From Octopus bimaculoides (taxonomy: Eukaryota): DNA of 63,902 bases. The stretch spans positions 126,781,517-126,845,418 of the forward strand of contig NC_068984.1 of assembly GCF_001194135.2 (NCBI RefSeq). The letters run 5' to 3'. This document shows positions 24,446-36,608 of the stretch, piece by piece; position 1 is the first letter of the stretch, and each line of letters begins with the position of its first letter. Both the position numbers and the translations under genes were made by a program. The notes beneath the pieces were generated by a model. That model saw nothing but the letters and a program-made list of their open reading frames with translations, was not told the origin of the DNA and did no database searches.

Positions 24446-25217
24446 GGTGGTGGTGGTAGTGGTGGTGGTGGTGATGGTGATGATGATGATGGTGATGATT
24501 CTCAAATTTTGGCACAAAGCCAGCAATTTTGGAGGAGGGGATAAGTCAATTACATTGATCCCAGTGTTCAACTGGTGCTTATTTTATCAACCCTGAATGG
24601 GTGAAAGGCAAAGTTGACCTCAGCAGAATTTGAACTCAGACTGTAAAGATGGATGAAATTGCCACTAAGCATTTTGCCCAGGGCAGTTATGATTCTGCCC
24701 ACTCATCAATAATAATAATAATAATGAAATTTTGAGGGTGGGGCAAAGTCAATTACATTGACCTCAGTACTCCACTGGTACTTAATTTATCGGCCTCCGA
24801 AAGGATGAAAGGCAAAATCAACCTTGGTGGAATTTGAACTCAGAATGTGAAGACAGATGAAACGCTGCTAAGTATTTTGTCTGGTGTTGTAATGATTTTG
24901 TGAGCTTGCCATATTAATAATAATGATAATCCTTTCTATTATAGACACAATACTGACAATTTTGGGGGAGAGGGGTAAGTCAATTATATTGACCCTGGTG
25001 CTCAACTAGCACTTATTTATCGACCCTGAAAGGATGAAAGGCAAATTCGATCTCAGTGGAATTTGAACTCAGAATGTGAAGACAGACAAAATGCTGGCTC
25101 GCTGCCTTAGATAATAATAATCCTTTCCCCTGTAGGTACAAGACCTGAAATCTTGGGGTAGTGGGGTAGTCGATTACATTGACCCCAGTGTTTCATTAGC
25201 ACTTAATTTCTCAACCC

Positions 25218-26642
25218 TACAAAATTTAACTTAATGAAAGATAAAAAGTGAGTTTAATAAAGATGTGTAATAATTTTTATGCAGTGGTTCCCTGAGATAT
25301 GGAATGTATTCCAAGGAATCCACAAGACTAAAATTGTTGGAAATGTTAGCATATAAGACAGATAATGCTCACATTGATGTAAAGATGGCAAAAACTGATT
25401 TTGGACTCGTATGGACTAAGCAATTTGATATTGTATATATAAACCCGTAATTTATCAACCCTACTATAAATTGGCACAAACTTTCCGGACAACCCAATAT
25501 AATCAGGTGTACTACAATTTATTGGGAAAGGATAAAAGAGAGGACAGAAAGTTGCAATAAATGAAGTAAAGAAAACAATGATAACCGAAAGTGCATGCAT
25601 AATACAGAGAATAAGACACAAAAAGGCAGAAAAGTGAGCAGTAAAAAAGCCATAAAGCAGAAAGGGATTATAGACACTTCAGGAGTAGTGTTGGTGAATT
25701 TTGAGAAGCATGACATTTTTGAAAGATGTAGTTTCTTGACAGCTAACAACTGATGCAAGTAGCTTATTCCATGCTTCAATAATTCTGAGTGTGAAAAAAT
25801 GTTTCTTGAAAGTCATGGGTGCTGTGCTGTTTTTATTTTCATTTTATAAGCATATGTTACAGCAATTCTCACCTGGAGTTCCATGGCACCCCAGGCTTCT
25901 GTTACAGCTAGCTAGGGGTTCCAATTAGTGATCAATAAGCAAAGACATTTTTGATTAATTTTTGTGCTTAATTATTTATTCATAGTTTTATTACAGTTTC
26001 ATGGCATATTACCTCAGGTAGAGAAATCCTGACATCTAAGGCAGTAAGGAGATCCTATGGGGTTTCCTCACAAGCTTCAGTGTTGGTTAAAATGAAATTT
26101 CTTAACTTTTTAACATTCAGATTACTCTGTCAAATGTAATGCTTATTTATTCACATTGTTTTGAATTAAACATGCATTACCTCCTAGCTTTCAATCATGT
26201 GACTGTGTATTTTTAGACTGGCATTCTGTGGTAGGTGTGAAAGGCTGGATCTGGCCACTTTGAACATAAAATAGAATATTTTGGCTTGGTTTAACACTAG
26301 CATAAATGTTCACATTGTTTTGAATTAATCATGCATTATCTCCTTGGAGGGGAACTTTCTAGGTACAGTCCCATGGTTATTCATAACTGAAAGGGGTCAT
26401 TTACCCTTTTTACTCTTTTACAAAATTTAACTTAATGAAAGATAAAAAGTGAGTTTAATAAAGATGTGTAATAATTTTTATGCAGTGGTTCCCTGAGATA
26501 TGGAATGTATTCCAAGGAATCCACAAGACTAATTGTTGGAAATGTTAGCATATAAGACAGATAATGCTCACATTGATGCAAAGATGGCAAAAACTGATCT
26601 TGGACTCGTATGGACTAAGCAATTTGATATTGTATATATAAA
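25218..26642 (+). repeat. Near-identical direct duplication (25218-25443 and 26419-26642) in AMT intron 5
   Basis: Copies of 226 and 224 bp differ by one 2-nt indel and two substitutions. Confidence 0.9.
25680..25835 (-). mobile_element. CR1/L2-like LINE C-terminal fragment
   Basis: The minus strand translates to FFTLRIIEAWNKLLASVV, matching the FF..RV...WN.LP..VV terminal motif of CR1/L2 ORF2. Confidence 0.55.
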
Positions 26643-26647
26643 GGACT

Positions 26648-26713
<66 letters not shown>
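26648..26713. repeat. (GTA)22 microsatellite
   Basis: Perfect trinucleotide array. Confidence 0.95.
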
Positions 26714-27503
26714 AATGATGGCAGAAACTGTGGTGGTGATGGCAGTAGTTGTAGTAATGATGGGAATAATTATAATGATAGCAGTGATGGTTTGTGGTAA
26801 TGATGAAGGCAGTCTTTGTGGTGGTAGTAAGAATAGTAGTTGTGGTGGCATTAGTAGTAGTAGCAGCAGTAGTAACAGTGGTAGTAATAATATGGGTGGT
26901 TTTATTAGCTGTAGTAGTGGTCATAGTAGTGGTATGCACAAATGTATTTAATAGTACATGCTACATGATTGTGAGATATAATTGAGTTCTGGGGAGGTTG
27001 AAGAGAAATTAGCCAAATATGATCTGATAGATGTATAATGTGTGTATACATACATACATATTTACATATGTGCATGTATACACATGCATGTATATAAATA
27101 TGTATACATACATATATACAGATATGTGATGTGTGTATAATATATATATTTACATGCATATATATATCTACAAATATATACATACACACACATACATACA
27201 TACATACATACATATAAACCATGCATGCAAAATGTCAATGGATGGTGAGTGATGGATGTGAAAATGCTATGTTATGATAGTAGAAGATTCTTGTAAGGAG
27301 AGGAGGACTGAAGCAGACAAGAAGACATTGGAAGACAGAGTGAGGTCAAATTACAAGATGATCAGTTTTGTCACAGACAAGGTGTTGCAGGATAGAGATG
27401 TCATACAGCAGATCAGTTTAACTCATACTGGTATGGAAGACAGATTTGAAAACATTGTTATTATTGTTGATTGGCCACAAGTCGGGCTCTGGTTTAACAG
27501 ATA

Positions 27504-27719
27504 CAAGGCGTGCTGAAAAATTCCTGGCTTTAAGGGTATTGCAAAAAGTTTGTTTGGAGGCCCAACCTTCTGAGTTCTTTTACAAGGCTTAGAAAAACTG
27601 AAGGACTGCTGCAATAAATGTGTGAATCTGAGAGGAGAATATGTTGAATAAAATCATAATTAGCTGATCCTCCTGTATTTTCTTTTACTCAAAGCTAGGA
27701 CATTTTCAGCATTCCCTTG
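27504..27719 (+). mobile_element. Mariner-derived MITE (216 bp)
   Basis: TIR-like ends CAAGG..TGCTGAAAA..TCCT.GCTTT with TA flanks. Retains the transposase C-terminus (LEKLKDCCNKCVNLRGEYVE*). Sister copy at 33532-33748. Confidence 0.85.
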
Positions 27720-29338
27720 TATATGATCAAAGATGAGTGGAGTGTTGTATATTTAGGACTGCAATAGGCTCAAGTGCGGTTGTGTTGGTTAAGAAGCTTG
27801 CTTCCTAACCATGTGGTCTTGGGTTCAATCCCACCTTGTGGTGTCTTGGGTAAGTGTCTTCTGCTGGAACTCAAGACTGATCAAAGCCTTTTGAGTGGTT
27901 TTTGCAGGCGGAAACTAGAAGAAGCCTGTCATATATATGTGTATGTGTGTGTGTTTTGACATCATGTGATGGTTGTAAATGAGCATCCTTGTCAAACTAG
28001 TGGTGTTGTTTATGTCCATTCTTTCATGAAAAATATGTCTGGCCGCGTTTACTTAGAAACAGGCCATAAGGCTTGCATCTGGCTGCAGAAAATCTGCCTT
28101 AAGAACTTTAGTCTGTTCCAGGCAAGCATGGAAAAGTGGATGTTTAAAAATGATGATGATTTAGGACTTCATCATCTAATTTATATCTGGGACTAGATTG
28201 TCCATGGTACTCTTTTTCTTATGATGGTTGGGTGTGCTTTGTGGAAGGTTTAGCTGCTATTCTTTGACTTAACTATTACCTTATCTTCTATCTTCAAGAT
28301 TTTGATAATAATGATGATCATCAGCAATATTTAATGTCTGTTTCCCATGTTGGTATGGTTGGATGGATTGACAGGAACTGGCAAGGCCAGGGCCCACACC
28401 AAGTTCCATAGTCTGTTTCAGATTGGTTTCTATGGCTGGATGCCCTTCCTAATGCCAACCACTCCACAGAATGTACTGGGTGCTTTTCACATGACACCAT
28501 CACCTGTGCTTTTTACGTGGTCTCAGCACCAGTGCTTTTTATGTGGCACCAGCACCCACATGAATGTGTTTTATGCAGCACCTTGGCTTCAGGATCTCAA
28601 TTCTGTTCTGCTGGGTGAGTCTTCTCGAATACAGTAACGCACCACATATCTCAGTCCTCTGTCATCTCCTTCATAAGGTTCAGCGTTTTGTTAGAATTAC
28701 ATTGAAGGATATATAACTTGTCTTTCATGAAGTAAATTAGCTTAGTAGAGTCCAAGATTCTCCAAGATAAATTCTGCTGAACATTTTCAGGTTAATGGAT
28801 CACACACTAATTTAATATTATCAGTATTGATTACAGAAGGAAGTTATTTCTACACTGTTGAGCTTATTTGTTTTTCTTTGTCACAAACTGTCAAGTTAAA
28901 TGGAAATAAATCTTCAGATTTTTCTCAACCAGAAATTTTTATAATTTTTGATATCTTTTATCTTACCTCTATTACTTGTTTTAGTGATTACACTGTGGTC
29001 ATACTGGGGCACCACCTTGAAGAGTATTTAGTCATTTGAGTTGACCCTAATGCTTGTTTTTTGTTAAGTCTGGTACTTATTCTATTGCTCTCTTTTTGCT
29101 GAGTTGCTAAGTTACAGGGGCATAAACACACCAACACTGTCTGTGAAGTAGTGGTGGGGACAAACATAGGCACAAAAACACACACACACACATATATGAC
29201 AGGTTTCTTTCAGTTTCAATGTACCAAATCTATTCACAAAGCTTTGGTTTGGCCTGAGGCTATAGTAGAAGACACTTACCCAAGGTGCCACACAGTGGAG
29301 CTAAACCCAGAACCATATAGTTGGGAAGCAAGCTTCTT

Positions 29339-29566
29339 ATTTCTTTACTGCCCACAAGGAGCTACACACAGATGGGACAAACAAGGACAGACAAGCGGAT
29401 TAAGTCGATTATATTGACCTCAGTGCGTAACTGGTACTTATTTAATAGACCCCGAAAAGATGAAAAGCAAAGTCGACCTCGGCGGAATTTGAACTAAGAA
29501 CGTAGCTGCAGACGAAATACCGCTAAGCATTTCGCCCTGCATGCTAACGTTTCTGCCAGTTCGTCA
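29339..29566 (-). mobile_element. SINE family C inserted into a family-A SINE with a 15-bp TSD
   Basis: Exact flanking repeat GGAAGCAAGCTTCTT at 29324-29338 and 29567-29581. The body matches the copies at 55965-56199 (+) and about 31575-31795 (-). Confidence 0.9.
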
Positions 29567-31089
29567 GGAAGCAAGCTTCTTGCTATGCAGCCAATTTTAT
29601 CAGATTTTATGTTAGATTTTTATCAACAGTTTTAGTAGAATACTGGACATAAAGACGCTTGGATTGTATTGATATATGACAAAAATATGGCTGTATGCAA
29701 TGAATCGCTGAATGTCCTGATTGATTTTTCTTTGTTTTGCTAATGTCCAAGGAGATACTGTGCGTAACATAATAATATATGTATGGAAAAAAAATCTCTG
29801 TAATATAAAAAATATATATGAAAAGAGTCGCTACAGCTAGTTGTTATTTTTGTGCTGGCTCTCATTTGGCCAACCCAATTAAGACCTTGGTCAGCCCTAA
29901 TTGGGAAGGTTTATAGTGAAAGGCATTCCAGCCAGGTGCATCTTATCTCTTTAGAAAATTCTAGGGCTACGTTATTCAGTGTTTCCTTTTTTAAGATGGT
30001 GAGATTCGAATTGGTTCAATTTATGTTAGTTTTTCACCATATGTGCCCTGTGGCACCATCACTCAGCTGAATATAATAAACAAAAAAGATAAAGGCAATA
30101 AGCTGGCAAAATTGTTAGCACACTGGGCAAAATGCTTAGCGGCATTTCATCCATCTTTATGTTTTGAGTTCAAATTTCACTGGGGATGACTTTGCCTTTC
30201 ATCTTTACAGGGTCAGTAAAATAAGTACCAGTTGATCATTAGGATCGAGGTAATTAACTTCCCTCAAAGATATATGATAGACTATAATCTTCTATTCTAG
30301 AATGTTAATATTGGTATAATGGTATTTTAACTCTGGAAATTTGAACAATGTCCATCAAAACAATACACACAGCACAGATGAACACAGTGTAATTATACAT
30401 TTTTTCTTCTTACTAATTAAGAACGAAATATCATCATCATCATCATTTAATATTCATTTTTCATTTACTATTTGTTGAGGCAAATTTTTTAAAGACATTT
30501 TATAGTCTTAAAAACAGTAGAACATATATTATCAGATTAAAAGATGAGGACGTCACAGTGAAAACACTTTTGATCATTGTTCTGCTGAGAAGCAAGACTA
30601 TGAAGTTAATGAGAGAGTTTCTGTGTGGTTGCTTGACCTGCTAGAAATATCAATTAAATTGCCATCAAATCTTAAAATATCATCTAAACTCTTTAGCGTT
30701 TAAACCAGCCACATCAGACCCAAACATTTTAACAGTTTTTTTGTTCAAACTGGCCAGATCTGGCCTCTTACACCTACTTTTCAATGTTATTCTAAAAATG
30801 AACAAACATTATCGAAATCTTGAAGCTATAAGATAATGCATAATTAATTCAAAACAATGTAAATCAATAAACATTATAGTTAACAGAGTAATCTGAATGC
30901 CAAAGGGTTAATTAAAAAAAAACAGTTTGGATGATAAAGTCCTTGTTTTGCTATTTATGAACAAAAGTTGGAATTGTCATGGTAGAAACGCCTTTGATCA
31001 TAAGCTTGCTGGATCAAAGCTGACCATAGACTAAAACTATCACCACTACAACAACAACTGAAAGAATATTTACTGACTTTCTTTTACAG

Positions 31090-31206
31090 GTAAACGTCGG
31101 CGTCAGCTTGCAGACTTCCCTGGGGCATCTCACATACTCAACCATTTTAAAAATCCTCCACAGAGACAAAGAGTTGGCTTCACATCAACAGGACCCTCTC
31201 CAAGAC
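31090..31206 (+). CDS. AMT: AMT coding exon 6
   Basis: cttttacag|GT AAA CGT...CCA AGA C|gtaagc; 117 nt, phase 1/1. Encodes GKRRRQLADFPGASHILNHFKNPPQRQRVGFTSTGPSPR. Confidence 0.95.
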
Positions 31207-33052
31207 GTAAGCTTTAGCAGATTACTTAGTTCATCATTATTCCCTTCTCCATTCCGTACTTTTGTACATGACATTGTAACATCTCTGTACTTTCTTCTGT
31301 CTTCTACTGTCATTTGAACCACTTCCCATGTGGTTGATGTTAGGTGGGTTGCTCTTTGTGGCAGCAACCATCTATAGTGGAGGCCAACTGATTGCCCACA
31401 TTTCTCATTGTCCCTTTGTGGCCATCAGCTTTGGCTGTCTTCATTTTTTCACCACCTTCATTTCTTTCAACTACTAACTTATAAACATGTCAGATCAACA
31501 CATTAACCATTACGTATGTGTATATGTGTGTATGTAAATGTATATGTAGTGTATGAGTGTGTATGTATGTACGTATGTGTTATTTCTTTACTACCCACAA
31601 GGGGCTACACACAGAGGGGACAAACAAGGACAGACAAACACGGATTAAGTCGATTATATGGACCCCAGTGCATAACTGGTACTTATTTAATCGACCCCGA
31701 AAGGATGAAAGACAAAGTCGAACTCAGAACGTAGCGGCAGATGAAATACGGCTAAGCATTTCGCCCGGTGTGCTAACGTTTCTGCCAGCTCGCCAAAGTA
31801 AGTCTGTATGTACGTATGTGTNNNNNNNNNNNNNNNNNNNNNNNNNNNNNNNNNNNNNNNNNNNNNNNNNNNNNNNNNNNNNNNNNNNNNNNNNNNNNNN
31901 NNNNNNNNNNNNNNNNNNNNNNNNNNNNNNNNNNNNNNNNNNNNNNNNNNNNNNNNNNNNNNNNNNNNNNNNNNNNNNNNNNNNNNNNNNNNNNNNNNNN
32001 NNNNNNNNNNNNNNNNNNNNNNNNNNNNNNNNNNNNNNNNNNNNNNNNNNNNNNNNNNNNNNNNNNNNNNNNNNNNNNNNNNNNNNNNNNNNNNNNNNNN
32101 NNNNNNNNNNNNNNNNNNNNNNNNNNNNNNNNNNNNNNNNNNNNNNNNNNNNNNNNNNNNNNNNNNNNNNNNNNNNNNNNNNNNNNNNNNNNNNNNNNNN
32201 NNNNNNNNNNNNNNNNNNNNNNNNNNNNNNNNNNNNNNNNNNNNNNNNNNNNNNNNNNNNNNNNNNNNNNNNNNNNNNNNNNNNNNNNNNNNNNNNNNNN
32301 NNNNNNNNNNNNNNNNNNNCTACTACTGGAGTCTGGTGTAGCCTTCCAGCGTGCCAGTCCAGTCAAACCATCAAAACTGAAGCAAGACGTCTAAGCAAGC
32401 TCTCCCATTTGAGTGTGGTTGAATCAAGTTGTCTCTATAACGACACCAGCACGAAGAACCGTACATCTACATTTCAGGCTACTCTAAAACCGGACAATTA
32501 GATGCTGTTTACCTTTTCCACCTAACAATAAATATTTGTTGTTGTTGATCAGTTTGGAGTTTCTGCGTTCGGTCCTCTTCCAATTTAATGTAGGAGAGTT
32601 AGGTGTATATCTAAAGATATATAACCCACTCTCCTAAAAGACCATGCCAGCATGGACAACGGACTTACTTGGAAATGAATTTGGATGGTGACAGGAAGGT
32701 GATCTAGTTCTAGGTATTGAAATTCTGGCTCAACAAATTCCATCTGACCCATGCAAGCTGAGAAAAGTACACATGAAAACAATGGTGATAATGATAATGA
32801 TGATATGTGAACCAGACAATTATCTCTCATCAGGGGAAAAGAAATAGAATTCAAGAAAATTATTTATGGTCTCTGTTGGCTAAAACAGTTAATAAAAATT
32901 AATAAATTGCGTTGCAAGAATTGTTCTTTTCTTATAACATACAAACATGAATTATTTCATAAAATATTTCTTATCTGATGTTTGGAAAATATATCTGAAA
33001 TTAATATTCTCTTGTTTTTATTTTGTTTTGTCTTTAATTCCCTAAATCACAG

Positions 33053-33276
33053 ACGGTTCAGATATTTATGATGAAAGTGGTAAAAATGTTATTGGCATAG
33101 TAACTAGTGGTTGTCCATCACCAACATTGAAGAAAAACATTGCCATGGGTTATGTGAAACCTGAATATACTGCAGTTGGCACCAACGTGGTCTTCGATAT
33201 CCGTAAAAAGATGGTTCCTGGCCAAGTAGCTAAAATGCCATTTGTGCCTACAAATTATTATATTGTCAAGAAATAA
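33053..33276 (+). CDS. AMT: AMT coding exon 7 (terminal, includes TAA)
   Basis: atcacag|AC GGT TCA...AAG AAA TAA; 224 nt. Encodes [35 protein letters not shown]...[14 protein letters not shown]. The joined CDS is 1245 nt (414 aa) with no internal stop. Confidence 0.97.
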
Positions 33277-33376
33277 AAATGTATTTCCAATATATTTCAG
33301 ATTATAATAAAGTTTGACTTTATTTTTTCCTGTAATTTTCTATCTCTTTGAATCTCTGTTTAATTTTGATAATAAA
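33272..33376 (+). terminator. Candidate AMT polyadenylation signals
   Basis: AATAAA at 33272-33277 (overlapping the stop codon), 33306-33311 and 33371-33376, with T-rich sequence downstream. Confidence 0.55.
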
Positions 33377-33456
33377 ATCTATGACAAACGAACAGACTTT
33401 TGACATCTTTGAAGATATGTCTGTATGTATATGTATGTGTGTGCATTATGTATGTA

Positions 33457-33499
<43 letters not shown>

Positions 33500-33531
33500 T
33501 TTGAAATAGAGGTGGGTGACAATGAGTCTTA

Positions 33532-33748
33532 TGAGGGGGCCCCGAAAAGTTCCTGACTTTAAGGGTATCGGGAAAGGCCTGGTTGGAGGCCCAACCTTCT
33601 GAGTTCTTTTACAGCGCTTAGAAAAACTGAAGGGCCACTGCAGTAAGTGCGTGAATCTGAGAGCAGAATATGTTGAATAAAATCATAATTAACTGATCCT
33701 CCTGTATTTTCTTCGACCTAAAGTCAGGACCTTTTCAGTACCCCCTTA
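33532..33748 (+). mobile_element. Mariner-derived MITE (217 bp)
   Basis: Ends TGAGGGGGCCCCGAAAAGTTCCTGACTTTA and TAAGGGGGTACTGAAAAGGTCCTGACTTTA, TA flanks at 33530-31 and 33749-50. Homologous to 27504-27719. Confidence 0.85.
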
Positions 33749-35365
33749 TACAGTAGACTGAAAAGATAGTATGGTGGTGGTCCCTCTCATAACACCAGCA
33801 CAGTTCTAGGTCCATAATGGAAGCTCAGACACTTACAACAATCTAGTCTTGTTAAATGTAAGTAGGCACAACTGCTGTAAAAAGTGTTTGGTCTGGGAAA
33901 AATTGCAAGTGTTTTGTTGACTCATCATGAAAGGGGGCTAGTTTCAACTCTAGCACCACCAAAAATGGTAGAAGTTGAGGTCTAACACTCTGAATATGGT
34001 GTAAGTGAATCCATAAAATACACCTCTTGCAAAAATGTGTGTTCTAATACTGTGTGGTTTAGAAGCTTGGTTTTCGACCATGTGGTCTTGGATTCAATCT
34101 CTTTGCATGACACCTTGGGAAAATGTCTTCTACTATAGCCTCATGCTGACCAAAGCCATGTGAGTGGATTTGGTAAAGGGAAACTGAAGGAAGTCCGTCA
34201 TATAGATAGCTGTGTGTGTGTGTGTCTTTGTGTTTGCCCCCCCCCCACTACTTGACAACCAGTTTTGATTTGTTTATGTCTCTCTAACTTAGTAGTCTGG
34301 CAAAAGAGACAGAGAATAAGTACCAGGCTTAAAAAAATATATAAGTACTGGAGTTGATTCATTCCACTAAAACAAAAACAATTCTTCAAGGCAGTACCCC
34401 AGTATGGCTGCAGTCTAATGACTTAAACGAGGAAAAGATAACAGACAATATGATTGTGTGTTTGAGTGTATCCTTAGCTAGACATCATGTGATGATTGTA
34501 AATGAGCATCATCATTGTACAAGCGAGGTTGTTCATTTCCAGTCTTCTGTGAAAAACATTTCTGGCCACAGGGAAATAATTGCCTTGCTTGGAAACAGGT
34601 GAAAGTTGGCAACAGGAAGGGCATCAGGCTGTGGGAAATTTGTCTCAACAAATGGTAAAGGGAAAAATTGATGTTAAATCTTGATGATGATGATGGTAAT
34701 TTATTCTTAATCAGTAATGAGAAAAATGTATAATTACACTGTTCGTTTGTGTTGTGTGTATTGGTTTTTGGACATTGTTCAAATTTCCAGAGTTAAAATA
34801 CCATTATGCCAATATTAACATTGTACAATAGAAGATTACAGTCTACCATATATTTTTGATATATGCTGATGACTCCTATAGTAGTTGTAGTAGTAGTAGT
34901 ACCACGGCAGTATCCTTAGAGCATTCAAATAATTCTTTGTAACTATTGTTCCATTCTAAGTTGTTCTGAGTTCAAATCTTGCTGCAGTTGACTGTTCCTT
35001 TTATTTGGGGTGGGGGATACAGGAGTTAGTAAAATATAACGCCAAGCAAGTGCTGGGGAGGTCCTTTTTATTGACTAAACCCATCTTATAATTGCTGACC
35101 TTATTGCTTAATCAGAAACTATCGTCATCATCATTATTGATGTGGTGAGCTGGTAGAATCATTAGCATTTCAGGAAAAATACTTAGTGGCATTTCAACCG
35201 TTTTTATTTCGTTCTGATTTCAAATTCACCTGAATTTACCATTCATCTTTTTAGGATTGATGAAATAAAATTCCTGTTAAACACTGGGGTTGATGTAAAT
35301 GACTCATCCCCTCCCACGAAATTTCAGGCCTTGTGATTTAGCAGAAAGGATAATTATTATTATTA

Positions 35366-36183
35366 TTACCTCCGCCTTAGCGAAGGCAGAGGTATTGTTT
35401 ACAGTTATGTTTGTTTGTTCATGGACAAGATATCTCAAGAACCGCTGGATGGATTTGGATGAAACTTTCAGGGATGTTGGGTTTCATGACTGGCACAGAC
35501 TGATTAGATTTTGGGATTGATCCGGTATGGGACAAGGATTCTGGATTATTTGTTATATTTACTTTATATGAAGTATTATGATCTTATGGAAACTTCCAAG
35601 TCTTTCTCTGATTATCTCCCTTGAAAGCACACTTATGGTTTCCATGTAAGTTATGGTGGTGTAGCTCTTTCCTAAGTTTTATTTTCTTTTCTCTATTATT
35701 AATTTTACTCGTGTTTTTATCTTAGTAGAAACTGATGGATGAAGATCAAACTACATAAACAAATGGCAGCAAAATCATTCAGAAATTAAATAACACTAAC
35801 GTATTCAGTAACAATTATAAATTTAATTTATCCTTGGCAATTTTTAGTTTTACCAATTTTGAATATATCGCTCCTGTTTAAAACTGCTTACCTACTTGAC
35901 AATTGCATTTCTAGCTCTGCTTTGAAGGAAGCTTTACTTCTTGGATTCATGCTTTTGTGTGCAACGATGTTGTTAAACCTCCATTAACAGCACTGTATGC
36001 AAGTCCTTTCCATTTTCTTTCATGCACCGATAAATTTTTCACTATAGACCTTTTTAGCATTCTCTTTTGTGAGAGCAATCGAGTTTATTTCAGATATTCT
36101 CATTTTTGAAATCCTCTCTGGCTAATCGTTGAGAGAATGTTGGTGTTGCCTTGACAGAGGTTTCTGCTCTCTGAGTGTTTTTG
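35366..36183 (+). mobile_element. Helentron-associated (HINE/DINE-1-like) non-autonomous element, copy 1, carrying a ~500-bp extra internal segment
   Basis: 5' hairpin CCTCCGCCTT-AGCG-AAGGCAGAGG, 3' subterminal repeat CCTTGACAGAGG with a short CTCTCTGAG palindrome, and T-rich ends. Superfamily assignment is from structure only. Confidence 0.6.
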
Positions 36184-36523
36184 TTACCTCCGCTTAGCGA
36201 AGGCGGAGTATTGTTTACAGTCATGTTTGTTTGTTCATGGACAAGATATCTCAAGAACTGCTGGATGGATTTGGATGAAACTTTCAGGGATGTTTGGCCT
36301 CGTGACTAGCACAAACTGATTAGATTTTGGGATTGATCCAGTACCAGGCAAAGACTCTGGATTATTTTTCTGTTTTTTTTTACTTCATTTTTGAGAGCAG
36401 TTGGGTTCATTTTTACGGTCTAGTTTATTTCAGATATTCTCATTTTAAAAATCATCTCCGGCTAATTGTTGAGAGGATGTTGGTGTTGCCTTGGTGGAGG
36501 TTTGCACTCTCTGAGTTCTCTTG
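36184..36523 (+). mobile_element. Helentron-associated-like element, copy 2, head-to-tail with copy 1
   Basis: 36184-36370 matches 35366-35552 and 36421-36523 matches 36082-36183. No spacer separates the copies. Confidence 0.6.
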
Positions 36524-36524
36524 C

Positions 36525-36608
<84 letters not shown>
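36525..36608. repeat. (TAT)28 microsatellite
   Basis: Perfect trinucleotide array directly after the Helentron-like pair. Confidence 0.95.
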
